Below, piece by piece: positions 47,600 to 57,330 of a stretch of DNA of 64,000 nt; positions within the stretch are counted from its first letter, which is position 1, and each line of letters opens with the position of its first letter. Below the pieces are notes generated by a model. That model did no database searches and was not told where the DNA came from. It was given only the letters and a program-made list of their open reading frames with translations. The DNA lies in assembly GCA_049510745.1 (NCBI GenBank), contig JBEKYR010000005.1:126899-190898 (forward strand). Direction: 5' to 3'. The position numbers and the translations under genes were made by a program. This stretch comes from Verrucomicrobiota bacterium. Its GTDB lineage: Bacteria > Verrucomicrobiota > Verrucomicrobiia > Limisphaerales > Palsa-1400.

Positions 47600-49738
47600 A
47601 TGAAACTAACCAGATTGTTGCGCTTTTTCCCGGCCGCTGTCCTGCTCTCCTGCGCGGGCGCTTGCGCCGCCCCGGCGGCGGAGCCGCCTTTCCGGCCTCC
47701 GGCGGTTCCGCTGGTGGCCAGCGATCCCTTTCTGAGCATCTGGTCCGAAGCGGACCATTTGACCGACGATGTCACGCGCCATTGGACGCATCGCCCCCAT
47801 TCTTTGATCAGCCTCATCCGCGTGGATGGAAACGTCAGCCGCCTGATGGGCCGGGAACCGGCCACCGTTCCCGCCCTGCCGCAGACCGGCTTGGAGGTCA
47901 CTCCGACACGCACCATTTGCCAGTTCGACGATGCCAAAGTCCACGTCACTTTGACTTTCATGACCCCCGCGCTGCCGGATGACTTGGAGGTTCTCTCCCG
48001 GCCGGTCACGTACCTCACCTGGAGCGCGCGCTCGGCCGATGGGGCGGCGCACGATGTGTCCATTTATGCGAGCGCCAGTTCGGAACTCGCTGTCAATACC
48101 ACGGACGAAAAGGTGCGGTGGGGCCGGGAAAAGGCCGGAAATCTCACCTTGCTGCGCATCGGGACGGAGAAACAGCCCGTCCTCGGCTCGTCCGGCGACG
48201 ATCATCGCATCGATTGGGGCTTCGCCTATGCCGCGGCCCGCACGAAGCAGGACATCGCCACCGCCGCCCTCGGCGGCAACGACGCCCTGCTCCAATCCTT
48301 TGTGCGCGACGGCGAATTGCCGGCCCAGGACGATTCCCGCATGCCGCGCCCCGTCACCGACGACCAGCCGGTGATGGCGTTTGTCTTTCACCTCGGCCAG
48401 GTCGCCGCCAAGCCCGCCACCTGCCAGGTGCTCATCGCCTACGACGAGATTTTTTCGATCAAGTATTTCGGAAAAAACCTCCAGCCTTACTGGCGGCGCA
48501 ACGGCGCCACGCCCGACACTCTCCTGCGCCAGGCGGAGAAGGATTATGCGCGGCTGGCCAGGCGGTGCGAAGAATTTGACCGGCAACTGACCGACGACCT
48601 GACCCGCCTCGGCGGCGTCCGCTACGCCCGCCTCGCCGCCCTGGCCTACCGCCAATGCCTGGCCGCTTGCGGGCTGGCGGCGGACGACAACAAACAGCCG
48701 CTCTTTTTCACCAAGGAAAACACCAGCAACAGCGACATCGCCACGGTCGATGTCATTTTCCCGATGGACCCGGTCTGGATTTTGCTCAGCCCGACGCTGG
48801 CCAAATGTTCGCTCGTGCCGATCCTCAGTTACGCGGCGTCGTGGCACTGGAAATTTCCCAATGCGCCCCATGATCTGGGCACCTACCCGCTCGCTCCCGG
48901 ACGCGACGACGGCGGCGAAGGCATGCCGGTGGAGGAAAGCGGCAACATGTTGATCCTGTGCGACGCCGTATGCCAGGAGGAGGCCGGCGCCGGCTTCGTC
49001 GCGCCGTGGTGGCCGCAGTTGACGCAATGGGCGCAGTACCTGGAGAAATTCGGCCTGGACCCGGAGAACCAGCTTTGCACCGACGATTTCATGGGCCACC
49101 TGGCGCACAACGCCAACCTGTCAATCAAAGCCATCCTCGGCCTGGCCGCTTACGGCGACCTCTGCCGGTTGCGCGGCGACACGGCCAACGCCGCCAAATA
49201 CGCCGCCCTGGCCAGGACCGACGCCGCCCATTGGATGACCGCCGCCGGGGAAGGCGATCATTACCGGCTCGCCTTCGACAAACCGGATACCTGGAGCCAG
49301 AAATACAATCTCGTTTGGGACCGCATCCTCGGCCTCAATGTTTTCCCGCCCCAAGTGGCGCGCACGGAAGTCGCCTTCTACAAAAAAGTCCTCCAACCCT
49401 TCGGAGTCCCGCTGGATTCGCGGACCAAGTTAACCAAGACCGATTGGTCGGTCTGGAGCGCGACCCTGGCGGAGAACCCGGCGGATTTCGCGGCGTTGAT
49501 TTCGCCCATTTACGATTACCTCGACCAAACCCCCCGGCGCGAGCCGCTGGCCGATTCCTATGTCACGGACAAAGCCGACAGCACCGGGATGCATGCCCGC
49601 CCGGTGGTCGGCGGCCTATTCATCAAAATGCTCGCCGACCCTGCGGTGTGGAAAAAGTGGTCCGCGCGCGACCACGCCAAGGTGGGCAACTGGGCGCCCT
49701 TGCCGCCGCCCCCGTCACAGGCCAATCCAACTCAATGA
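47600..49738 (+). CDS. Glutaminase A-like protein (DUF5127/DUF4965/DUF1793; alpha/alpha-barrel glycosidase-like), secreted
   Basis: RPPAVPLV..DPFLSIWS, FTKENTSN, TVDVIFP, APHDLGTYP, MPVEESGNM, QLCTDDF, WSQKYNLVWD, ARPVVGG. Confidence 0.85.
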   Translation: MKLTRLLRFFPAAVLLSCAGACAAPAAEPPFRPPAVPLVASDPFLSIWSEADHLTDDVTRHWTHRPHSLISLIRVDGNVSRLMGREPATVPALPQTGLEVTPTRTICQFDDAKVHVTLTFMTPALPDDLEVLSRPVTYLTWSARSADGAAHDVSIYASASSELAVNTTDEKVRWGREKAGNLTLLRIGTEKQPVLGSSGDDHRIDWGFAYAAARTKQDIATAALGGNDALLQSFVRDGELPAQDDSRMPRPVTDDQPVMAFVFHLGQVAAKPATCQVLIAYDEIFSIKYFGKNLQPYWRRNGATPDTLLRQAEKDYARLARRCEEFDRQLTDDLTRLGGVRYARLAALAYRQCLAACGLAADDNKQPLFFTKENTSNSDIATVDVIFPMDPVWILLSPTLAKCSLVPILSYAASWHWKFPNAPHDLGTYPLAPGRDDGGEGMPVEESGNMLILCDAVCQEEAGAGFVAPWWPQLTQWAQYLEKFGLDPENQLCTDDFMGHLAHNANLSIKAILGLAAYGDLCRLRGDTANAAKYAALARTDAAHWMTAAGEGDHYRLAFDKPDTWSQKYNLVWDRILGLNVFPPQVARTEVAFYKKVLQPFGVPLDSRTKLTKTDWSVWSATLAENPADFAALISPIYDYLDQTPRREPLADSYVTDKADSTGMHARPVVGGLFIKMLADPAVWKKWSARDHAKVGNWAPLPPPPSQANPTQ

Positions 49739-49796
49739 CGCGCCACCTTCAAAAAGAAAGAATCGTATGACAATGGATTAAGGATAGAGGCTGCCG

Positions 49797-50864
49797 TCAC
49801 GCTTTTTCCCCGGCCTTTCGGCCTTGCTCAATCAACAGTTTCTGCAAGTCCGCCAGCGACTTTGACTGAGAGGTTCCTTCCACGGTCTTCTCGGCAATGT
49901 CCTGCACTTTCTGATAGGCGGCCTCAAGTTGCTGCGCCAATTTCGCATTGGCCGCGCTCAAGTCTTTGGCGGCCTTTTCCAGCGACTCGTTCCTGGCCGC
50001 CAGCACATTGCGCTCCCCCTCGAACTCTTTGCGCGCGAGATCTTCGCGATTCTTGGCCTCCAACTTGAGCTTGTCGCTGATTTCCTTGACCGCTTGGTTG
50101 ACGGCATTCTCCAGTTCCTTTGGAAACGCCGCCGCTTTGGCCCGCAACTCGGCCAGTTCGCGCTCTCTTTCCGCAATCGCCTTTTCCCGTTCGGCCAGTT
50201 CCTTGTCGGCGGTTTCCCTTTTGATTTTGATCTCCTTTTCCAGCGCCGCTTTTTCGTCGTTGAGTTTGTCTTTGATGGCCTGTTGATCGCGCTTGAAGCC
50301 GTAAGTAAAATCCTCCCGCTCGCGATCGCGCGCCTTCTTCTCCGTGGCGTCACGCTCCTTCAACTCCGCTTCGCGCGCTTTTTTCTCCTGTTCCCAGGCC
50401 GCGCGCCGGGCGTCAATCTCGCCTTCCAGCTCTTCGCGCTTCCGCGCCATCTGGTTTTCAAATTCAGATTGTTTCTGGTTTTGCGCTTCAATCAAAGCGG
50501 CCAGGCTGACGGCGGCTTTTTCAATGCCGTAGAGCTCTTGCAGTTCCCGTTCTTTGCTGGCAACTGCCTTTTGGATGCCGCGGAACTTGCTCGACTCGGC
50601 CGCGAGCCGGTCAGAAACGTCGGCCAGCATCTTGCCGATTTCCGACTTCAGCGCGCCGATGTCCCGATCAATGCCTTCGGGATCAATCGCCATCGCCACC
50701 CTGAGGGCTTCCTCGGTGCGTTTCTCCTCGACGCGGCGCTCCGGCGCAAGATCGGCGGCGCGTTTTTCTTCGAGTTGCCTGGCCAGAGTCTGATAGGCCT
50801 CAAGCATTTCTTGTTTGGTGTTCTTGTCCGAAAGTTTTTTTGTCGGCGCGGGTTTCTCAGGCAT
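49797..50864 (-). CDS. Long coiled-coil protein
   Basis: KNTKQEMLEAY N-terminal motif, ELQELYGIE, then an E/K/R/A-rich heptad pattern across about 300 aa. Confidence 0.8.
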   Translation of the reverse strand: MPEKPAPTKKLSDKNTKQEMLEAYQTLARQLEEKRAADLAPERRVEEKRTEEALRVAMAIDPEGIDRDIGALKSEIGKMLADVSDRLAAESSKFRGIQKAVASKERELQELYGIEKAAVSLAALIEAQNQKQSEFENQMARKREELEGEIDARRAAWEQEKKAREAELKERDATEKKARDREREDFTYGFKRDQQAIKDKLNDEKAALEKEIKIKRETADKELAEREKAIAERERELAELRAKAAAFPKELENAVNQAVKEISDKLKLEAKNREDLARKEFEGERNVLAARNESLEKAAKDLSAANAKLAQQLEAAYQKVQDIAEKTVEGTSQSKSLADLQKLLIEQGRKAGEKA

Positions 50865-51054
50865 AATCAAGATCGTGTTCGGTGGTTTCCAAGTTTCAGA
50901 CCGGACACTGCCAAACCCGCCCGCGCGTGGAAAGGAAAAAGAATTCGATCCTGGGAACCCGGAAACCGTGCCTGCCGCGTTCGCGCCCAACAAGGCAGCA
51001 GAGCGCGCAAGAACAGGCTGGAAGGATTGGGCCGGCAACGGATAATGTTATCAC

Positions 51055-51756
51055 ATGAATGGCAGGTCCACAGAATCCAGTCTCAAACGCGATCTGCGCC
51101 GGCTCTTGCGCAGCATGGATTTCGTGTCGCAGCATCCGGCGCTCAAGCGCGACGGCCCGGAGGCGGAGCGGTTCGCCAGGATTTATCAGCAACTTGGGAT
51201 GGCCTGGGAGTTTCTGGCGCTGCAATGCCGCCATCGCAGCGGCTGGCGCAAACGTCGTGACGCAAAGTTTGCCTGCAATATCTGTGGCCTCATTCGCGGG
51301 GCGAAGGAGCCCTGGCTGTTGCTCCCGCGCAAAGGAAAGAAAACCATTGGGCGCCGGGCGATGCCGAACTCCAAACGCACCTTTCCCAATCGAAAAGCGG
51401 CGACCGTCGTCAACGACGTGATCGATTTTCACGGCGCGAAGCTGAACGTCGAGGTCTTGAACCCACATCGCTCCAGCTCACGCTGGTTTCGCAAGAACGA
51501 CTGGACCATCGCGGCGGATCGGCTGGTGCGGCTGGAGGAAAGCGGAGTTGAAGTCCGCTTCGACACGCACCTGATTACGGTGGCGTTGCGGAAGCACAAG
51601 AAAGGCGAGATGCCGCCTTACAGCCATTTTGTCTGGGAATTGCCGCGCAAGTTATTGAAGAAATTCCCGGTCATGATGCAATTCGACAAGCATCGCCGCT
51701 TCACCGGCCTGATGATTTTCAAGCGCCGGACCAAACTCGCGCATGGGAAACATTGA
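51055..51756 (+). CDS. Hypothetical basic protein with a CxH...CxxC motif
   Basis: 233 aa ORF with host-like codon usage; CRH...CNICG. Confidence 0.55.
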   Translation: MNGRSTESSLKRDLRRLLRSMDFVSQHPALKRDGPEAERFARIYQQLGMAWEFLALQCRHRSGWRKRRDAKFACNICGLIRGAKEPWLLLPRKGKKTIGRRAMPNSKRTFPNRKAATVVNDVIDFHGAKLNVEVLNPHRSSSRWFRKNDWTIAADRLVRLEESGVEVRFDTHLITVALRKHKKGEMPPYSHFVWELPRKLLKKFPVMMQFDKHRRFTGLMIFKRRTKLAHGKH

Positions 51757-51794
51757 ATTGCAAACAGATGCGATTTTACAGTAAGATCAGTTTT

Positions 51795-53723
51795 ATGAAA
51801 GCGAGTAGTGCTGCAATTCTCTCGGTCTTTGTTGCTTTGGCCGCCGCGGCCCGGGCGGAAACCTTCGGCCTCCAAACGCTGGATCTCCGGCAAGTCGAGC
51901 AAAGCTGGGGCGAACCGCAGGCGGACAAGTCCGTCGATCAACACCCGTTGTTGCTGGGCGGCAAACGCTTCGAGCACGGCCTCGGCACGCACGCCGCCAG
52001 CACCTTGCGCGTCGCCCTGAACGGCAACGGCGAGCGCTTCACCGCCACCGTCGGCGTGGACGACGAAGTCGGCCAAAAGGGCAGTGTCACGTTTCGCGTC
52101 GTTGGCGACGGCAAAACTCTCTGGGAGAGCGGGGTGCTGCGCGGTGGCGATCCCCCCAAAGAGGTCTCGGTCGATTTGCGCGGCGTCAAATCGTTGGTTC
52201 TCGCCGTCAACGATGCCGGGGAAGGCATCGATTTTGACCACGCGGACTGGGCCGACGCGCAGATCACAATGACCGAAGGCAAACCGCTGGCCGTGGCGAT
52301 TGCGCGCGAGCCGGCGGTGGTTCTCACCCCCAAGTCCTCGCCCAAACCGCGCCTCAACGGCGCCAAAGTCTTTGGCGTTCGCCCTGGCGCGCCGGTTCTG
52401 TTTACGATCGCGGCCAGCGGCCAGCGGCCTATGGTCTTCTCCGCCAGCCCTCTGCCGGCCGGCCTGCAAATCGACACCCAGACCGGCCGCCTCACCGGCG
52501 CGCTGAAGGACAAAGGCGTGTTTCGGTTGAACTTGCGCGCGCAGAACGCCCTCGGCACGGCGGAACGGCCGCTCAAAATCGTCTGCGGCGACACCATCGC
52601 ACTGACCCCGCCGCTGGGATGGAACAGTTGGAATGGCTTCGGCTGTGATGTGACTGAAGCCAACGTCCGCGCCGCCGCCGACGCCATGGCCGCCAGCGGA
52701 CTCATCGACCACGGCTGGACTTACATCAACATCGACGACTGCTGGGAAGCCGGGCGCGCGACCAACGGCAACATCCTTTGCAACGAAAAATTTCCGGACA
52801 TGAAAGCGCTGACCGATTATGTCCACGGCAAAGGCTTGAAGATCGGCCTTTACTCCTCGCCCGGCCCCAAGACCTGCGCCGGCCACGAGGGGAGTTACGA
52901 GCACGAGGAACAGGACGCCCGGCAATACGCCGAGTGGGGCTTCGATTACTTGAAATACGATTGGTGCAGCTATGGCCGGATCGCGCCGCGTCCCACCCAC
53001 GAGGATTTGCTCAAGCCCTACCAGGTCATGCGCGCCGCCCTGGACAAGGTCCCCCGCGACATCGTCTTCAGCCTCTGCCAATACGGCAGGGGCGGCGTTT
53101 GGGCGTGGGGCGCGCAAGTCGGCGGCAACTGCTGGCGCACGACCGGCGACATCACCGACACCTGGTCGAGCATGACCCGCATCGGCTTCGGCCAGGCCGG
53201 CCACGAAAAATTTGCCGAGCCGGGCCATTGGAACGACCCGGACATGCTGGTCGTCGGCTACGTCGGCTGGAGCGCCCGGGTTCGCCCGACTCGCCTCACC
53301 CCCAATGAGCAATACACGCATATCAGCCTCTGGTGCCTGCTCTGCTCGCCCCTGCTGATCGGCTGCGACATGACCAAGCTGGACGAATTCACGCTGAACC
53401 TGCTCACCAACGACGAAGTGCTTGAAGTCAACCAGGACCCGCTCGGCCGCCAGGCCGCCCGCGTGGCGCAAGACGGCCAGTTGGAGATTTGGGCCAAAGA
53501 CCTTGAAGACGGCTCCAAGGCCGTCGGTTTGTTCAACCGCGGCGACGAGGAAACCACCGTGACCGCCAAGTGGTCCGACCTCGGCCTGACAGGCAAACAA
53601 GCCGTCCGCGACCTTTGGCGCCAGCAAGACCTCGGCGCGAGCGACGGCCCATTCCAAGCCTCGGTGCCGCGGCATGGCGTCGTCCTGGTGAAAGTGACGC
53701 CAGCCGCCGGGTTGAGCCGTTAA
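51795..53723 (+). CDS. GH27 alpha-galactosidase with NPCBM and Ig-like domains
   Basis: HGLGTHA...DHADWAD (NPCBM); TPPLGWNSWN, NIDDCW, DYLKYDWC, WRTTGDI, WNDPDML. Confidence 0.93.
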   Translation: MKASSAAILSVFVALAAAARAETFGLQTLDLRQVEQSWGEPQADKSVDQHPLLLGGKRFEHGLGTHAASTLRVALNGNGERFTATVGVDDEVGQKGSVTFRVVGDGKTLWESGVLRGGDPPKEVSVDLRGVKSLVLAVNDAGEGIDFDHADWADAQITMTEGKPLAVAIAREPAVVLTPKSSPKPRLNGAKVFGVRPGAPVLFTIAASGQRPMVFSASPLPAGLQIDTQTGRLTGALKDKGVFRLNLRAQNALGTAERPLKIVCGDTIALTPPLGWNSWNGFGCDVTEANVRAAADAMAASGLIDHGWTYINIDDCWEAGRATNGNILCNEKFPDMKALTDYVHGKGLKIGLYSSPGPKTCAGHEGSYEHEEQDARQYAEWGFDYLKYDWCSYGRIAPRPTHEDLLKPYQVMRAALDKVPRDIVFSLCQYGRGGVWAWGAQVGGNCWRTTGDITDTWSSMTRIGFGQAGHEKFAEPGHWNDPDMLVVGYVGWSARVRPTRLTPNEQYTHISLWCLLCSPLLIGCDMTKLDEFTLNLLTNDEVLEVNQDPLGRQAARVAQDGQLEIWAKDLEDGSKAVGLFNRGDEETTVTAKWSDLGLTGKQAVRDLWRQQDLGASDGPFQASVPRHGVVLVKVTPAAGLSR

Positions 53724-53822
53724 CAAGGCCCCTTATTGGCCGGCAGACCGCTGGGGGGTCGGTGGACAAGGGGAGCGATGAAAAATGGTCGTCCTTTCGG
53801 AGATGGATTGCCATTGCAGGGA

Positions 53823-54062
53823 TCACCGTTCGCGTCGCCAATGATAGGCAATCAATGCACCAAGCAGGCTTCCGCAAAGGACACCGAAAGGAGCTGCCCC
53901 CATAGTGACTTCGTGTACGCCGGAAGTTGTGAATGGGACATTGTAAAAGCCAAAAGCGAAAAGCCAGGTTGCGACGAAGCCCACCACCCCCCAGGCGACT
54001 ACGAAGAGCAACCGGATAATCCACAGGCCCAATCTACCAAGCTTGGTTGCATTCGCGGTCAT
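53823..54062 (-). CDS. Orphan small two-TM membrane protein
   Basis: 79 aa MTANATKLGRLGLWIIRLLFVVAW..., two hydrophobic helices, AT-richer DNA. Confidence 0.5.
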   Translation of the reverse strand: MTANATKLGRLGLWIIRLLFVVAWGVVGFVATWLFAFGFYNVPFTTSGVHEVTMGAAPFGVLCGSLLGALIAYHWRRER

Positions 54063-54127
54063 TGGGGGAAAATTCGCACCGAAAGTGGGTCGATTCAACT
54101 TCTTTCTTTCAGGACAATTCAACCTGG

Positions 54128-54323
54128 ATAACCCTGTGGATAACCCTGGGGACGTTGAATAACCCTGGGGACGTTGAATAACCCTGGGGACGGACGTTGA
54201 ATAACCCTGGGGACGTAATAACCCTGGGGACGTAGTTAAACATTTAACATTCCGCTTGACGCGGGTTCCGTGTATTGGGGTCATTGGTGCAGTCATTGGG
54301 GTCACATCTAAACATTCTACATT
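54128..54323. repeat. Stuttered tandem repeats ending in two related 26-nt GGGG(A/T)C...TAAACATT..ACATT motifs
   Basis: ATAACCCTG x6 (five followed by GGGACG); motifs at 54226-54251 and 54298-54323; second stutter ATTGGGGTCA/ATTGGTGCAGTCA. Confidence 0.85.
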
Positions 54324-54414
54324 TCAAGTTCCTCAAGTCGTACGAACGTCTAAAAGCGTAATCCGACCGTATCTATCAATTCCGCCGGAAGCCGCTCAAT
54401 CCCTTTTCGGGCGG

Positions 54415-56004
54415 CTACCGCCCGTGGCGCAGGCGCTCCAGCGCGGCGGTCAGGAGGTCGTCGCGATTTTCTCCGAATGCGCCCGGTCCCGGTTTGAAGG
54501 GGATTTGCGGTTCGAACCCGTGCTCGTCCAACGGTTTGCCGTCCGGCTTGTAATCGATCCAACGCGGCACGGTCACGGTCAGGCTCAGGGGAAGCTCGAT
54601 CACCTGCGGATTGCCGCTGGAACCGCAGGTGCGCTCGCCCATGGTGGTGACGTTGGGGGCGCCGGTCATCATGCCGATGAAGGATTCGCCGCTGCTCATG
54701 CACTTCTGCCCCATCAACAGGATGACCGGGCGGTCGTAGCGCCAGGGGCCGGCCGGCTGGACTTTGCGCGGGAATTTTTTGGTGAGGTTGGTGTAGGCCG
54801 GCCCGTCGCGGAATTGGTCGTAGCCATACACCGTCTCCTTCTTCAGGAACCGGCCCGCGACCTGTTGGGCCAGGCCCTCGTTGCCGCCGCCGTTCCAGCG
54901 CACGTCCAGAATCAGACCGCGGGTGTCGCGCATTTGTTCGAGCGCCTTCTGAAACTGCTCCGGAACCGCGTCGTCGTCCCATCCGTAGATGGCGATGAAA
55001 CCGATCTTGTCCGAAGTGACGGCCCATTGGAGACGGCCCACTTTGTTGAGGCTGCCCAGAATGGCTTTGTGGGCGGAGGGGTTGGAATTGGACGGGCGCG
55101 GGCGGTCATAGACAGGCACGGAGGTCCCGGCCAGCGACAGGCAGACGTGCAGGTCGCGGAGCGGTTTCAACATGTCGGCGCAAACGTCGGCGAAATCATC
55201 GGAGGATTTGCTGGCCAGAGCTTTTGGGCGGAATTGGTCGCGCAGCCTGGCCCAATCGATTTCCGGCCGCAGAATGAACATGGCGTAGCCGTCGTCAAAG
55301 GCGCCCCAAAGTTGATCGAAGGCGGCCTCGGCCAATTCGGGCGTCAGGGCCGGATGCGGCTTGAAGTTCTGACGCTCAAAGGCGGCGGCGTAGGCCGCCG
55401 CGCGGGCGCGTCTGTCCACGATGAAAAAGCGGCGCGGGCCGTCCCGGATGTCAACGTCAACGATAAGGTCATTGGGATCGGGAATGAGGGCATCGCCGCC
55501 GGCCTCGAAGCTGGATTGGAATTTGTGCCGGGCGATGGCGCGCATGAAGGAGAGGAGGTTGGTCGCTCCGGCGGCGGAGACGGTTTCCGGCGGGAAAAGC
55601 AAGTTGACTTGGGCGGGATGAAATCTCAGCCAGACGTGCGCGATGGTTTCCTGATTGCTGACCGCCGGGCTGGCAAGCCTTCCCTCGTCGCGCGGCAGGA
55701 TGGCCGCCCAGACGGCGCCATCGGCGCAGTGACCGATGCCCACATCCGACGCGCCGGCCTGGATATGCAAATTCGTGGCCACGTCGAGCGTGAAGCGCGA
55801 CACCTGGAAGATGTCCGACGCGGAAAATTCCCAGGGCCTGGCCCGCGCTGGCGCGGTGTCGCCAGAGGTCAATTTCGTGGGATACCGCTGGAGGAGATTG
55901 ACGGCGTCCTGCGCCTGGAGCCGACCCAACCCGGCCAGAACAAGCGCCGCGGCCAATGCGGCCCGGCGACCCCAGTCTGGAACGGCAAAAAACGCGGCTT
56001 TCAT
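54415..56004 (-). CDS. S41 family peptidase, secreted, with an extra N-terminal domain
   Basis: IDWARLRDQFRP, LRDLHV, GLILDVRWNGGG, CMSSGESF, GERTCGSSGNP. Confidence 0.88.
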   Translation of the reverse strand: MKAAFFAVPDWGRRAALAAALVLAGLGRLQAQDAVNLLQRYPTKLTSGDTAPARARPWEFSASDIFQVSRFTLDVATNLHIQAGASDVGIGHCADGAVWAAILPRDEGRLASPAVSNQETIAHVWLRFHPAQVNLLFPPETVSAAGATNLLSFMRAIARHKFQSSFEAGGDALIPDPNDLIVDVDIRDGPRRFFIVDRRARAAAYAAAFERQNFKPHPALTPELAEAAFDQLWGAFDDGYAMFILRPEIDWARLRDQFRPKALASKSSDDFADVCADMLKPLRDLHVCLSLAGTSVPVYDRPRPSNSNPSAHKAILGSLNKVGRLQWAVTSDKIGFIAIYGWDDDAVPEQFQKALEQMRDTRGLILDVRWNGGGNEGLAQQVAGRFLKKETVYGYDQFRDGPAYTNLTKKFPRKVQPAGPWRYDRPVILLMGQKCMSSGESFIGMMTGAPNVTTMGERTCGSSGNPQVIELPLSLTVTVPRWIDYKPDGKPLDEHGFEPQIPFKPGPGAFGENRDDLLTAALERLRHGR

Positions 56005-56065
56005 CGCGGCCTCAAAGGCTCTGATGAGACATCTATGCGAACTTCCGCCCGCCGTCAAGAATTTC

Positions 56066-57304
56066 CTATGGGTTGAGGCCGGCCCCGGTTTGGGCGGGTT
56101 TGGCGGGTTTCTTCTTAAAGGCGGAGCGCAAAAACCACTCCCGCTTCAATCCCTCAATCAAATCGTCGGCATGAATGATGGTGGTGGAAATCTCGGTGAC
56201 GAGGTTGGTGTTGATTCGCGCTTGCCAGGCCAGATTGCTGGTCAAATCGGACAGATGGATCAAGGTGTCATCGAGGTCCGTCGCCAGCCTCGTGATGTTG
56301 GTGTCGGTGTCGTCCAAGGTCGTGTGGGCGGATTGGAGGGTGTCGCGCGCGCCGCGCAAGGTCAGGTCCAATTGGGCGGCGATGTTGGTGGGCAGAAGCC
56401 AATCCCCCAACGAGCCGTTGGGATCGCGCAGGTTGGCGGTGATGAGGGCCAGATTGGTCAGCGTGGGATGGGCCTGGGCCAGGGTGGCGTTTAATTGGGC
56501 AATGGCCGCGTTGGCGTTGCTCAACATCGCCGCCACCTGGTTGGTGAGACCCAGGATGTTGGGCAGGGCCGCTTCGACCGAGCCGGCCACAGCTTCCAAA
56601 CGATCCGACAACCCGGGCGCGTCGATGGGCGGAATCCAGTAATAGTTGCCGGCGGCGGGGTCCACCGGGCGGTTGAATCTGGCCCGAAAGGCGTTGGTGT
56701 AATAGACCTCCGGCGCCGCCTTGATGAGGGCCATGAGGTTGGTGGTGACGCGGTCGGCGATGACCTCTTCCGGCAAGCCCTTGTTTTCAGGGAGGGATCG
56801 GAATTGCTGGTCCAGTTGCTTGTATTTCTCCCGGCCCAGACGCCGATTCATCATCAACCAATCTCCTGTCTTGGGGTCGGGGTAAACGCTGGGCCGGCCC
56901 ATCCTGCCTTTCTCCACTTCGAGAAAACGATGCCCCAGAAAATCGGAACCGACCCGCACCTTCGAGTCCCACCAGATGTAGCCGAAGTAAGGCTCCCGGA
57001 TGTTGAAGAAAATGGTCACGCCGCGTTGGGACGAGGGTTCGTTAAGTTCAATTTTTGTGATTTCGCCGACGTTGAAGCCCATGAGGCGAATGGGATCGCC
57101 CAGGCTGAAGCCTGAGGAGTCATTAAGGCCGGTGGCGTAATTGAGTTTGGTGACAAACCAGCCGCGGGTTTGCGCGGTCGAATAAAGGTAAAAGGAAAAT
57201 CCGCCCAGCAGAATGAGGACGGCGAAGGCGACGAACCAGCCGACGATTTTTTCGACGCGGCGCAGGCGGGTGCGCAATTGGGGAGTGAGGTCTTGCAGGG
57301 GCAT
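56066..57304 (-). CDS. mlaD: MlaD/MCE family protein
   Basis: N-terminal TM; SGFSLGDPIRLMGFNVGEI, SDFLGHRFLEV; helical tail ending WFLRSAF. Confidence 0.82.
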   Translation of the reverse strand: MPLQDLTPQLRTRLRRVEKIVGWFVAFAVLILLGGFSFYLYSTAQTRGWFVTKLNYATGLNDSSGFSLGDPIRLMGFNVGEITKIELNEPSSQRGVTIFFNIREPYFGYIWWDSKVRVGSDFLGHRFLEVEKGRMGRPSVYPDPKTGDWLMMNRRLGREKYKQLDQQFRSLPENKGLPEEVIADRVTTNLMALIKAAPEVYYTNAFRARFNRPVDPAAGNYYWIPPIDAPGLSDRLEAVAGSVEAALPNILGLTNQVAAMLSNANAAIAQLNATLAQAHPTLTNLALITANLRDPNGSLGDWLLPTNIAAQLDLTLRGARDTLQSAHTTLDDTDTNITRLATDLDDTLIHLSDLTSNLAWQARINTNLVTEISTTIIHADDLIEGLKREWFLRSAFKKKPAKPAQTGAGLNP

Positions 57305-57330
57305 GGTGTGAAAAGATAAGGATTGACAGG

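Noticed and set aside
53724..53822. Integron attC site after the orphan gene
   Set aside because: No convincing RYYYAAC...GTTRRRY paired structure and no integron integrase in the window.
54128..54251. CRISPR array
   Set aside because: The units are directly adjacent with no unique spacers, and no cas genes are present.
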